Source of the DNA: Podospora anserina
Lineage: Eukaryota
Direction: 5' to 3'
Assembly (NCBI GenBank): GCA_017654855.1
Contig: CM030333.1
Coordinates: 1,736,001 to 1,800,000, forward strand
DNA: 64,000 bases
Below the pieces are notes generated by a model that was not told the origin of the DNA, made no database searches, and saw only the letters and a list, made by a program, of their open reading frames with translations. The number at the start of each line of letters is the position of its first letter. Within the stretch, counting starts at the first letter, position 1. This document shows positions 22,302 to 35,082 of the stretch, piece by piece. Both the position numbers and the translations under genes were made by a program.

Positions 22302-24992
22302 CTAACGATCAGGGTCATAGCATCCTCCAGCCACCACCAAGTTCATCCGTGTAAACGCCACCTTCAAGACCGGAGTCTTCTTGGTAGGGAACGCGCTGAT
22401 TTGATCAGGAGTAACCTGAACCTCCTTCGACTTCTTCTTGCCAGACCCACCTCCACCTCCACCACCACTCCCACTACCAGCCCCAGAGGTGTTCGCACCT
22501 GTAACCTGAGCAGCCTGTCCGCCGACAGTGATGGACCGATTGTCACCAGACCCCGCCACCGCAATGCTGTCACTGGCAACAGTTATCCCATCAGGCTGTT
22601 GACCTGGCTGGACTGAGCCGCCGGCTAAGGGATTCGCCTTGCTGGGGTCGGCTGGCAGCTCGACATCCCAAACTCGAACCGTGCCGTCAAGCCCGCCAGA
22701 GATGAGAATATTCGACTCGGCACTGAAACTGAGAGATGGGATGCCGCCCTTCCCGTGGCCTCGCATCCTCTTGATTCGTTTGCTCTTCTCGATATCCCAA
22801 AGGAAAATATTGCCACCTGTGTCGGCGCTGGCAAGAATCTTTCCGTTGGGAGCACACTGCAAGGCGCTGATGTAGTCGGCATGTCCGGTATAAATTCTAA
22901 CGCAGCCGCCAGTTGTGAGAGACCACATCCGAATCGACTTGTCAGTTTCGTCAGAGGCCGAGAAGACATATGTTCCGTTGGGATGCCACGCAATGGCCGA
23001 GATCGGGGTGTCATGGCCGACCATAATGCGCTGAGCCGAAGCATGATCTTGGGTGAAGATACGGACCGTCTTGTCCCATCCGGCCGTGGCAAAGTAGTGT
23101 CCATGTGGACCCCAAAGCACGCGAAAAATAGGACCGTCGTGAGACCTGTAGATGCAGAGGCAAGACCAGGATTCGAGTGACCACAGGCGAACCTGACCAT
23201 CCATAGAACAAGACAGCAACAGCTTCGCGCTGGTGTCTACCGGCTTCCCGGACCCTTCAAGGTAGGGATTCCGGTCAAGGGAAGCGGTGGAATCTGAGAA
23301 GGAGATACCAAAGACAGGACCCGAATGGCCAATCAGCTTCCTATTGTTGACCTTGAGGTCTTTTTCATTGTCCAGCGTTGTCCGAAGCGGTTTGCCCTCC
23401 AGATCCCAGACGCGAATGTAGGAATCAGAGGTGCCCACAGCAACTAGCTGGTGATCGTTGGAGAATTCCATGCATGAGACGCTACAAGAATTGCGATTAG
23501 TACAATGGTCAGCCACTCACCCCTTAGCAGACCAGAAACTTACTTTCCGAGCGTGTTATGAAAGGTAAACATGCAAACTGACACAGGCACTCCAACTCCC
23601 CCAGTACGACCCTCAATCAGGAACCTGTCGCGGTTCTCGCGCACCTTTTGCATCTCCATGACGACATCCCTGGCTCGCGATTGTGGGAGAGGTAGGTCAG
23701 CTCGCGATGGAACGTCGTCACCCTCTTCTTGCTTGATGCGTTTGTCAAACACTTCGACCAAGCTGGGTCGGCCGTCCACCGGTGGGTGCGACTGGTCTTC
23801 TTCCTCAAGTTCAATGCGAACGTCATCTCTGAGCTCGGGTTCCATAGGCAATGGGCCTAGTTTCAACTTGGCTGTGTTGTCGAGGACGTCGCGATTCGCA
23901 ACGCCAGTGAAGACGCCGGGAATGCCCTCTTGCGCGTCAATCTCGTCCAACTCACGGTTTTGGGTCCGACGGTAAACGGCCTCGAAACTATAAGGCTCGA
24001 TCGGACCACGTGAGCTGTTGTCGATTGCGCAGAAGGTTTGAAGAATGTAGATGAGGGTGCTTCCGCCCGAATCGGAGTCGCGCTGGAGGAACTGAAACAG
24101 GTTGAGGGTCAGAGTGTTGTTCAGCGGAATCCGGTATTTGTTCTCCTTATACAACTTGATCGTGGGGTCCTCGTTCATGTGCTGTGGCAGGGTGACAGTG
24201 CTGAGCAACCTCAGTGTGTCATGGTGAACTGTCTCAAAGTGTGGCCGGAGAGTCGCAAGATAAGTTTTTGAATCCTCATGGTAGCCCTGGCCAACAAGCT
24301 CCAGGTAGGAGTAGACGAAGATGGGCCACAGAAGCTTCTCAAGCTCAAACTTGTAGATGTCCAAGTTGTTGTCGATCCAGTTCTTGATGAGAATGAACGC
24401 CTTGAGGTACCTCTTTGGGTCGGCGGGATCTTGGCCTCGGTTTGCTGGTCTCCCATCTGGACCGAGATGGGCAGTCTCGATGCGAAAGACAGCCTCAGTT
24501 TTGGTGAAACCCTTTTTCTTCAGATAGTCGGTAACCTGATAAATCGCCCGCGCGTTAGCATCATTACCAACTGGCTTCACCTCTCTCTCCGCCGCTTGAC
24601 TGCTTTGTACATAATAGCGGTTACGAGCTTCCACGACTTGTTGGGTACTCATCGTTGGCCTGCTCTGAGAACTTCAAGTTCTCAACAAGGCTGAATGGGG
24701 CGTTATTAGTCGAAGATATCGACTCTGAAATGTAAAATGGCGTTCGATGGCGGTTGAGGATGGGGCCAGAACGACGGAAACGGTGTGGCTTTAGGGTAGC
24801 GAATGAAGGAGTTGGGGCAGAACAACGAGAGCAGAGAAATCAACCTACAATCTGATTGAGGTTCTGTGCTGATGGGGTGCTGGTCGTCGCCGGCTGTGAG
24901 GGAGCAGGTGCACCACCTGCCGACTGTGGCTGCCCCGAATATGAGGCGCTAGGCGGGGCCTGACCTGTTGGTTGAGGTGGGGGATTTGACAT
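22302..24992 (-). CDS. TAF5: TFIID/SAGA subunit Taf5 (LisH, NTD2, WD40); introns 24536-24848 and ~23484-23543
   Basis: [49 protein letters not shown]40 repeats, [15 protein letters not shown]. Confidence 0.95.
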
Positions 24993-25610
24993 GATGAATG
25001 CTGGGACGAAAGATAATAGATAATAATAAGAATTGAAGCAAAAGTGGACGTTGGAGAGAGATCACACACTTGGCGGGGTCGCGCTTCCCCAACGCGCTCT
25101 ACTTCATGAACCAGACGCCTTCTCCGAAGCCAGCGCAAAGCTTGGAGAGTTTTGATATCTCTGAATCGAGTTTTATCGTGATCTAATCGTTTGAGCTGTT
25201 TGTAAGATAAGCAGCACTTATTTTTGATGCGCCTGGTGAGTGAAGATATACGACCATGTATCTCTTCAACTTATACTCGACCGCTGTCTCCGTCTCACAG
25301 TGATTGAATGGATCGAGGTGAACCGACCGCGGAGTTTTCCGCGTTTGTGTCGAGCCAACTCCCTGTCCGAGGCCCGTGCCCGAGCTCCACCCCTTGCCGT
25401 TTTAGCGCAAAGACCCCGGTCCTAGCTTCACGTCACATTCACTTTCGCGGGGCAGCTCTGAGCTTGCGATCTTGAACTCTGCCATAAGCAGCCACCTCTT
25501 TTTACTCACAACACCAGATTCTTCGCACATCAAATTCTTAGCAAACAACCACGATCCAAACAATCACCACTCACTCACCCACCCCGGCACACCAACAACC
25601 AACCGCAACC

Positions 25611-26186
25611 ATGAACCCCCCACCCCCCAACCCCCAAGAACAACCAATCGACATCCACACCCCCTTCACCCTCCCCGAACACCTTTCCCACCTCGCCTCC
25701 ACAGACCGCGACATCACCTCCCTCCTAACCCCCGTAATAGCCTCCCTAACCGCCCTCTCCACCCCCCCCTCCCCAACCAGCCCCAACGCCCCCCAAGAAG
25801 CCTTCAAATCAGCCCAAACATCCTACTTCCGCACCATCGACCGCATATCCAAACACCTCAACCGACAAATCTACGCCCTCGAAGAAGCAAACATCATCTC
25901 CCTCGCCGCCACCTCCTCCAACCAACAACCCTCCCAATCTGCCGAAAACCCCGACTCCCAACCCGGCGCATATCAGCCCGACGGCACCAAGGATACCAAG
26001 AAAGTCGCCCGCCTCGACCCAGACGGAACAGGCAAATACGGCAAGCTCGACGTCGGAAGGCTGAACTTGGCTTCGTCAACGACAGAGAGGGACGTCGAGG
26101 CCGAGACCTGGGAGAGGGTCAAGGCGCATTTTGCTGGTATGGCCGAGGCCCAGGGGGTGAATACCGGTGACAGGATGCAGGAGTAG
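25611..26186 (+). CDS. MED11: Mediator complex subunit Med11
   Basis: PFT..EH...L...DRDITSLL, F.TID.ISKHL.RQIYALEEA.II and G.LDVG.LN...ERDVEAE.W match filamentous-fungal Med11; ends in TAG. Confidence 0.85.
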   Translation: MNPPPPNPQEQPIDIHTPFTLPEHLSHLASTDRDITSLLTPVIASLTALSTPPSPTSPNAPQEAFKSAQTSYFRTIDRISKHLNRQIYALEEANIISLAATSSNQQPSQSAENPDSQPGAYQPDGTKDTKKVARLDPDGTGKYGKLDVGRLNLASSTTERDVEAETWERVKAHFAGMAEAQGVNTGDRMQE

Positions 26187-26776
26187 GATCACCGTCGTCG
26201 GTCTGTCACTTTGGGAAGGGAGGAAGGCGTCGTGGTAAGGGAGTTGGCAGGTGGTGAGCGCCATCGCTCGGTGGCTTTGGGGCGAGAGGAGGGTGTTGTT
26301 GTACAGAGAGAGGGGGTGGATATTATCAAGGAAGAGGATAATCTCGAGTATGGCGCTTTCATCAAACAAGAGGCTATCACCGACCATGGTGTCGCCATCA
26401 AACAAGAGGGTGAGGACAGCTTAGAAGTCCACATCAAGCAAGAGGATATATAATAGCCGTCGTCTAAACTCTCAGAGAGACGGGTCGATTTTCCGGCAAC
26501 TCACATCAGAGAGAAGGGATCGCCATAGATGGACAGGGTGCATTGCTCGCGGGGCATATACATTGGACAACAGCCGTTAGAGATATTTGCATTTTACTGG
26601 AGTTTTACCATGGAGATACCCAGACATCAGGAGAGTCACAGCCATGGCCTCATAGAGAATCAGAGATGGAGACGCAATAAAACTCTTGGTTGTTTGTCTC
26701 ATCTAAAGCTGCCTTTTCTGTCTAGAAAGTGATATCATTGACCCCCTCTTTCAGCCCATGAACTCATCCCCCCTGT

Positions 26777-27451
26777 TCAGGTCGACTTGACATGCTCCTT
26801 GCAAATCCGATCATACGCCCCGCCAGCAACAAAGCCAGTAGCATTGGTAGAAACCAAGACCGACTCGGGGATGCTATAACATTTTCACTTTCTGTAAGCC
26901 CCCATCCACCACCCATCAAGATCACAAAAAACTTACACAGCATCAAACAGATTACACTTCATCGTCTCCCCCCTCCCCTTCTCATCACGAGCCTCAAACC
27001 AGACAAAATACCCATTGCACTCCTCCTCGGCATTGCACAAAAACTGGCACTTCCACGCCCCAAACTGTCCCTCGGCCGAGCTGTACCCGAACCAGTGAGG
27101 GCCAGAAACGAGGTGCTTCTTATACCAAGTCTTTTCGACTTGGTAGCTGGTGGTCTTGTTGGAAGGAGTGACGAGGGTGTAATCTCCAATGTTGAACCCG
27201 CTGTCGTCGTTGGAGGAGGCGGCGGGGCCGGTAGTGCAAGCTGCTGGGGCGGGGAAGGCAGCGGTGCCTGTTTCGAGGTAGCTTCTCGAGGAGTGGGGGT
27301 GAAAGGAGCGGTAGACTTCCTGGGGAGGGGAGGATGGGACGGATTTGTAGATTTCGGTGTCGGAGTCGGTGGGGTTCAGGGAGATTAACTTGGGGGATAG
27401 GAGGGGGGTGGCGGCGGCGAGGGTCGCCAGGAGGAGGGCTTTGAGGATCAT
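26777..27451 (-). CDS. Small secreted Cys-containing protein (PAN/apple-like Cys spacing); intron 26874-26936
   Basis: Signal peptide MILKALLLATLAAA; CQFLCNAEEECNGY...CNLF; spliced exon 2 IPESVLVSTNATGFVAGGAYDRICKEHVKST*. Confidence 0.8.
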
Positions 27452-28446
27452 TTCAGGTGTGGGATTGGTGGTTGTAGGTAGGGAATTGAGTGAGGGTGAG
27501 AGTTGTTCGTTCCTAAAACCAGGTAGTTAAGAAGTTGAGGTTGAATGTGGATTGTAGGTCTCCAAGTTTGGTAAGAGAAGATGGAATTGTTCAGGCCGAA
27601 GTTGTAAACAGAAGTTGGTAGAGAACCTGAAGTCGAGGACTGCCAGATGGTGAGCCAAGAAAGCCGGCAGAGCCAGGGGAAGGAAAGAACGACTTTGAGT
27701 AAGGTACAGTCACCGCCCTGAATAAAAGACTCGAGCTTTCTGTGAGACTGCTCGTGCCTCCCTGAGATAGATCCTTTGCCTTGTTAATGTGACCAAAGGA
27801 ACAAGCTACCTCACAATTGGCCGCCATTAACGTTCACGGGTCTCGAAGACGTCTACACTGGTGCGCTATCATCAAGGAAGCTCCTCAATTGCTGGTGGCT
27901 GAGCAGTTCTTCAAGCCATACTCGACATTCGTCTCACTTGTCGAGTCTTGCCAACCCAGTCTTCGTCCTCCTGTCCAAGAGAGCAAGTGCCACAAAAGTT
28001 CCGTCCGTATACCTATTTCTCTCTACCCTTATCGCTCCTTTCGTAGTAGAAGTATACCCCTGAGGTTCACAGCAGCACAATGACAGGTTCCACAAAGAAA
28101 ATACCAAACGGGTGTAACACCCGGTGTCTGATCATGTTCGATCTGTGCTTGACTGCCTTTAATGAGGAATGACAGGATATTCCTGTCCTTGAGGCGAAAT
28201 GGTTGCTGCCAGCACTTTACATGAGACCGAAATAGCAAACTACCCCTGACACAAGGTGAGCCATGGCAAAACATGCAAACATCTGCTCAAAACTCCGCAA
28301 TGTTTGCTCAGTCTTTTATGTAACATCTGAAAGGTCAATTAGGTTTCCTACACCATATCTATACCTAGGAATACTCTAGGCACACTGAACACCACAACTC
28401 ACGCTTCCCATCTTCCCCCCTGCTCTCACTCCCTACTCATCTCATT

Positions 28447-31400
28447 CTACACCGAAAACCCCTTCCGTCCCTCTACCAACCCCTCCGCAAACTTTGTAAT
28501 CGCCGCCCAAACAGGTGAATATCTCAACCCCTCATCCAATGCAGGAATAGTCCCCGCCTCATTAGCATCACTCCAAGCACAAACCACCTGTCCCTCCAAC
28601 TTCTCAGCATCCTTCCACTCAACATCAACAACCCACCTCTCCCCTCTCTGCCGATGCCACAGCTTCAACTGCTTAATCCCACCCTCAGGGAACTGCCCAA
28701 ATCTATCATCCCATTCCGAACCTCCCTGAACATTGAATCCCGAGATGGGCTGCTTAAACTCCAAGAAGCATGCCTTGGTATTGTCGGCCTCGATCTCCAG
28801 CTGGGCCTTGTTCCCCTCACCGCGCGTGGCAGTGACAGTAGCAAGGCTCTTGTAGATCTCCTCAATTGGCGTGTCCTCCTCAGGAGTCTCACTTCCCAGC
28901 CGAGGGGCAACATCGACCCCGTCATAGCAACAACTGACCAGCTCCGCCCGCTTCGACTCCCCACAGGTAACATTCCTCCCCGAAGCCGACGGCAGCTCAG
29001 CAATGATCTTGTGAACATACTCATCCACCCCGTTATAGCACACCCGGTTATCCGCCGTGTCGAGATCGATCTGTTGAACAAAGTACACCTTGTACCGACT
29101 TTCCTCTGAAAACGGGAAAGCCACCAAGTTGTAAATCAGCGTGCCAACAAACACCACCAACAAGAAAACCGGAATGTGATGGCTAATCCGATGAATGACC
29201 GGCGTAATGGGCAGCAGAACCAACACCGTAAAGGCGAAAACAATCAAATACGGCAGCAGCAAGTTGCTCCCATCAGCACCAGTCTGATGAACAGCATCCA
29301 CGAGCATCAATCCCGTCTGCGCCGCCAGGATAATCGTAAACGGCCCCAGAATCAAAAACTGGAAAAACCACAGCCAAGAAGGCAAGCGTCCAGACCAAGC
29401 CTGCTCATGCTCAAACGGCTCGTCGCCATCCTGCCCGTACTTGCGAGCTCCATTGACCAACGCTGTGATCGAACGGCGATACGTCGTAGCAAAGGTCGTG
29501 CGGAAGTGCTCGCTCGTGGCATTACCACCGCCCACCAACGGCGTGCGCTCAGTCGGTACTGCCGCGTCTTCGTCGTCCGTGTCGTTACCGTCTCCCTGGC
29601 GCAGAGTGGAAGCATTCGAGTCCCGCGTGGCGGGCGGCACTAGAGATGGTTGGTGAGGGATCTGCGGCAATGGGGGAGGGGATTCAGTACGAGTATTGTT
29701 GTTGCCCGACTGGGGCTGGTAATAATCGTGAACCTCATGATCCTCCCGAACTTGCTGACCCCAGGCGGTCTTCTTGGGCAAGGCAAAGAGCTCGCAGAGA
29801 GTGAGGAAGGTGGTCAGGCAGACAGCGGTCTGTAGGAAGACGATGGGGTAGCCGGCACCGAGCTTGAAGCGATCTTCCGTCACGGTTACCGCAACGAGGG
29901 TAGCCCAGCCGAGGATGAACAACCAAATGTTGACATAGCCCCGGTGAAGCGCACTGGGTCTGGCAAAGTTGGCGCCGCGCATAATGGACCAGAAGGTGAA
30001 GTAGAAGAGGGAGAAGATCATAGCGATCCTGCTCGTTGTTAGCCACACCATCCCCCATTAATCCCCAAAAGAGAAACTTACACAGAATACCGATGACTGT
30101 AGATAATGAAAGGATTCACTTTCCTCATCAAGAAGGCCACCGCAAGCGACAGCGCCCCAGAAACAATAAACGCGAAGGGAAACCGAAAAGCACCTTTCCA
30201 CCCGCCGACCAACACTGGCTCAAAGTCAGGCTGATCATACGTCCTGACGCTTGAGGTGAAAAAGTAGTACTTGTCCAGTTTGTGAAGGATGTACGTGGCC
30301 AACACCAAGATCAGAGGCGTGGCCACCAGCACCGTCAGCGACCAGGCAAACATGCCTCTCAGGCCAAAATTGACGAACCCCTTGCCAAAGAGATCAAACC
30401 ACACTCCGTTGCTTGGGCTGCCATTGCGGACCTTGTTGCGGGCGCCATCAGGCCGAGCGCCAACAAAGGTATCCCCAGTATCCCCCGAGAGCTTACTGGC
30501 CGTGTGGATAGCCGCGCTGAGCATATGCCAAAGACTGGCCTTCGACGTGTGAGTAGCATCGTCCCTATTGGTGTGGTATCTCGATCTAGGCTTGAAGAAA
30601 GCAAGGTCGAGTCCTCGCTGCCCATACACGTCGTAAAGCACCGAGTAGTCAGTACCGCTCCTGATGAACCCAAGCCCAAAGGCATCAGAAGCAATGACCG
30701 TGCCGAAGGGGTCCGAAGTCCCAGCATACGCAGCCGTGACCTCTCTGTCCGTAGTCCGGAAAAGATTTGCCCGTCCTCCAGCACCGGCACCCTCAAGATT
30801 CAAGAACGTATGGATATACGGATTCAACGGGTGCTGTCCCAGCGCTCTCGCACCGTACAGGTAATCCTCCTCGCCATTGTTAAGCATCACCACAATGCCC
30901 CTTTCCGGCTGGTGATCCGGGTGAGCAAAGTACTTGATCACCTGCAGGCAGGTAACAACACCCATACCGTCATCCGTAGCACCATACCCAGTCGAAACCC
31001 TATCACCATCATCAGTATCACCAACCCCTCAAAACATCATCCATCGTAAAGAACTCACGAGTCGTAATGCGCATTAACCAACACCAAGCCCCTCTCATTC
31101 TTCCTCACCCCCTCCATCTCTCCCCCCTCAGCACTCCTCCTCCACCAATCCCCCTCATCATCCCCCTTCCCCCTAACATAAACCAAAATATTCGTCCCCT
31201 CAAAATACGCCGCCACCTGAGCACTACCCGGCGTAGGCACTACGCTCCCCGCCATCAAACCCGTAACATTGCTCCTCAAATCATCAAAAACCGTCACATT
31301 TCCCTTCTTCCCACCCACCCCACTCCCCTCCAATATCTCCCCCACCCTCCCCAGCAAATACCCCCTCACCTCCTCGTTAAACCTGCTGTTATACGGATGA

Positions 31401-31594
31401 TACCCCCTCGTGATCCTCGTCAGGTCCAGCCACGCCTCCGTCAGGTTCACCCCCTCAATCTTGCCATCGTCCGCCGCCGCCGGCGCAGGGGGGACCGTCT
31501 CGTTGATGATGACAATCGGGATCAGCAGGGCGAGGTAGACTAACGTCGTCCAAAACGTCACCGGCCCCGGCCGGAACGAGATGGGGTTGATCAT
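28447..31594 (-). CDS. PFF1: Vacuolar membrane metalloprotease, peptidase M28 family (Pff1/FXNA-like); two introns (~31000-31058, ~30035-30081)
   Basis: [37 protein letters not shown] and YHT..D motifs followed by multiple TM helices. Confidence 0.93.
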
Positions 31595-32387
31595 GGTGGG
31601 CAACAAACACAAGAGTGCTGTGCTTGGCTCGGTGATATGAGAGAGCTGCTTCTCTTCTTGGTGCGGGGAATCTCAAGACATGTGAAAAAAGCTAAGAGTG
31701 ATTTAGGTACTGCAAGCCAAAACCGCCGTCGATAGTTCTTGAAAGGGAAAAGTCAATAGGTAACACGCGTGAGTGGGTGGTCGAGTCCGAGTCCCAAAAG
31801 GTGTGTGTGAAAGATGGTGGAGGGGGACGATGCCGTGCAACCGTTCGAGGTTCGCCAACTGGGCAGTCTCGTCTTTGTTGCGTTGAGGCAACTGGTCGGG
31901 ACGGAGCCTTCTTCCCTTTGTGGATCAACACAGTTGGAACCCCTGGGAATTCCTGCTGTTTTCTTCTTTTGCCTCTGCAAGTTCAGGGCGAGGGCGATGT
32001 CGGGGAAGGCGACGAGATCATCTGAACATGAGAGAGCTGCAAGAGCTAGGGGGGCTCAAAGGCGGCCGGTGAGTGGGGCTTGCCAAGGCCCGTTGTGCAG
32101 TGGGCTTGCATAAGAAATGGCCCAAGCTCCTGCTGATGTCACTGAGCAGCAGCAACAAAGAATCACAGTATAAACACATGTCTACAATACTTTGAATCTA
32201 ATGAAATTACAAGTTCTATGTTGCTGTATACTAATTAGACCGTTAGTTCCACTGTGCCTGATTACATGTAAGCCAGACATCCTAACCATCAGAGGTCGAG
32301 GATCCAATAATAATGAAACAGCTGAGCCAAGCAACGTTAATAACAGGTCAGATCCCTATCGGTCAGTCGTTCCACCGGTTGCTACCA

Positions 32388-34698
32388 CTAAGCCCCCGGG
32401 GGAGGAGGAGGAGGCGGCAAGTCCATGGGCGGAGGAGGAGGTGCTTCACCCGCAGGCGGAGGGGGTGGTGGGGGAGCTGCGTTGGCGTATTGCTGGATGA
32501 GCGCGTTCAAGCCGCCAGGGAGGCCGGGAGGAGCACCGCCCGGAGGAGGGGGAGGCAAGCTGGGAGGCGCACCGGGCATTCCGGGAGGAGCACCATAGCC
32601 GCCGTAGCCAGGATATCCACCGTAGGCCGCATTTCCACCAGCAGGCTGTTGCCATGGGGCCATCCCAGGAGCCGAAGGTGGCGGAGGGGGAGCACCGTAT
32701 GAGTTGTGACCACCACCACCACTGCCATAATAGCTGTCACCGCCATCGCGACCATCACGTCCACCACGATACCCCCGGTCATCACGATCTCCACGGTCGC
32801 CACGGTCATCACGATAGTCCCGACCACGGTCTCCGCGATCACGGTCACCACGATCACGGGCCCACGGTGCAGGGCCACCTGAAGGACCGCTGGGAGGACC
32901 ACCATAACCACCACCGCCACCATGGTGGTCATCACGATCGTTGTTGCGAGTACGCCAGGGAGCAGGACCGCCGGTTGGGGCGCTAGGACCGCGGGCCCAA
33001 GGCCGCGAATCACCACCAGCAGGACCAGTAGGACCGTTGGATCCAGGCCCGGCTTCGATCATGGCAGGAGCAGCACCAGTGCCGCCGAGTTCTTGCATGA
33101 GTTGCTGTAGAACATGGTTAGCATATGGATATCACCACCGAAAGGGACGCAAGGGCAGAACTCACCTCATACTCGCGATCCACAGCATCGCCGCCGCCGC
33201 CGCCGCCGATACGGCCGGCAGTGCGGTTAGCCATGGGACCATCATTGCGCCAGCTGGCACCGCGCTGTCTATCAGGACAATCACGAGCCATATGCCCAGC
33301 ATTGCCGCAAACACGACAGATGATGCTGGCCGTGAAGTTTTGCTTCTCAGGACAGTCATATTTGCGATGACCGATCTGGCCGCAGTTCTGGCATGCCTGG
33401 TTCTCGTCGTCACGCAGAGTACCGTTCAAGGCGGCAAGCTCACGAAGTTGATTGCGCTTCAGTTCATTTTGACCCTCGGGAATAGACGCAGCCTGTAGCC
33501 AACATATTAGCGGGTGTCTTCACTCCAGTGCATACGGGGAGGAAAAACTTACAGTCTCAATAATATTGTGAATCAGCTTCTTCGCCTTATTCACCTTCTC
33601 CTCGGTATCGGCCATGATGAGACAGTGGAGATCTTCTTCCTGGTTACTGGAGTGAGCGGCGTCAGAACGACCTTTGCCCTCCTTCACGGAGCCCTTGCCG
33701 CGAATTGCAATCTTGGCGCCGGATTCTGTCTCCATCTTCTTGAGGGTATTGCCGCGAGGGCCTATGAGTAAACCGACTTTAATACGGAAAACCTAAGTGT
33801 TAGTCATTTGGATATCGTGGTACAACGAGTTAGGTTAGGGCTGGAGTTTAGCATGTAGATGCCCGCAAGGCGCAGCTTCAGGCATTACGCCGACTGAGGT
33901 GCCTAGCAAAGCACCAATAGCAAGGAAGGGGGTGTGGTTAGAGAGGTTTGAGGGTTAGCAATCATACTGAAGTTAATCTCTGGATAGTCGTTCACAGGCA
34001 CGTAGACCTTCTCCTGGGTCTTGGTTGGGCGACGGTAGTCCGAGGGAGGATGGTAGTTGGGGATCGTCTTCATCGCCTTCTCAATCAGCTTGTGGCGTTC
34101 GTCTTCGAGCTTCTTGCGGTAGCGGTATTCGCGGGTATTGACACGGCGACCATGGTTGTCGTATTGGGGCGCAGGGGAGGGCGATCTAGGATAGTGGGTT
34201 AGTATTTGATATTGAGGACGGAATAGCATGGTAAAACACACCTGTCTCCATCAGCAGGAACAACGTCGTCGATCTTGAGTTTCTGTGTGATCTCCTCGAT
34301 ACGGAGGTGGAGAGTGTATGCCTCGAGCTGCTCGCTGGTCATGTTGGCGACGATGGCAGTGGGAAGACCCATCAAGCCAGCGGCCTTGTTCTCGGTCGCC
34401 TCGCCCCAGCGGTTTCTCTTCTTGCGACGTCTCGGACCATCATCATTGTTACCTGGACAAGTCAAGTTAGCATTGAATTATCATTAGCAAAGGTAGGGTG
34501 AGAGTATGGAAACTTACCACGCTCAGGGCTTCGGCCACGCTTCACGTCGCGATCTCCATTCGTAACAGATCCGTTGTTCGAGGCCGGGGGAGGACTGAAA
34601 GTGCTGCTGTCGTTGCCATCGCCATCGCCGTGCAAGCGACGGGCTTTCCCCAAGGGAATATTGTTGGAACCGGTGATTCCTTGATTTCTCCACGACAT
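32388..34698 (-). CDS. MSL5: Branchpoint-bridging protein (SF1/BBP/Msl5), multi-exon
   Basis: [22 protein letters not shown] domain [28 protein letters not shown], two CCHC knuckles, Pro-rich tail. Confidence 0.96.
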
Positions 34699-35082
34699 CT
34701 TGACGCTTGTGCTGATTCTGCAGAGTTGTTGATGTTTGGGATAGGTTTACCTGGGGCGAAGTTTTGTCGCATCTCGATCTTGTCAGGAAACTGTCCACCT
34801 AACGCTAGCCCGATCGAGGCTGAGTGGCGCTACACGTGATTGGGCGGCGTGCGTTCAGATGGGCCCACTTATGTGAAGGGATCCCGATTCACATACGGCT
34901 TCTGGATGGGCAATGAATTGATGTTGTTGAAGATATGAAAATGTTGACTCTGTACCAAGTCTGAAAAAGTCTATTTGTTTGATTTCATAGCTCGATATTC
35001 ACTTCCATCAACAACCCTTACAGCCCTCATCTTACAGCCTACTTCCTTTCCCTAACGCTCCCACCAACTTCCACTCCCTCCC

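Noticed and set aside
22266-22304. TAF5 TAG-GA stop followed by an in-frame extension
   Set aside because: Only 11 codons (EKVKGGSWGLK) to the next TAG, with no motif; indistinguishable from chance.
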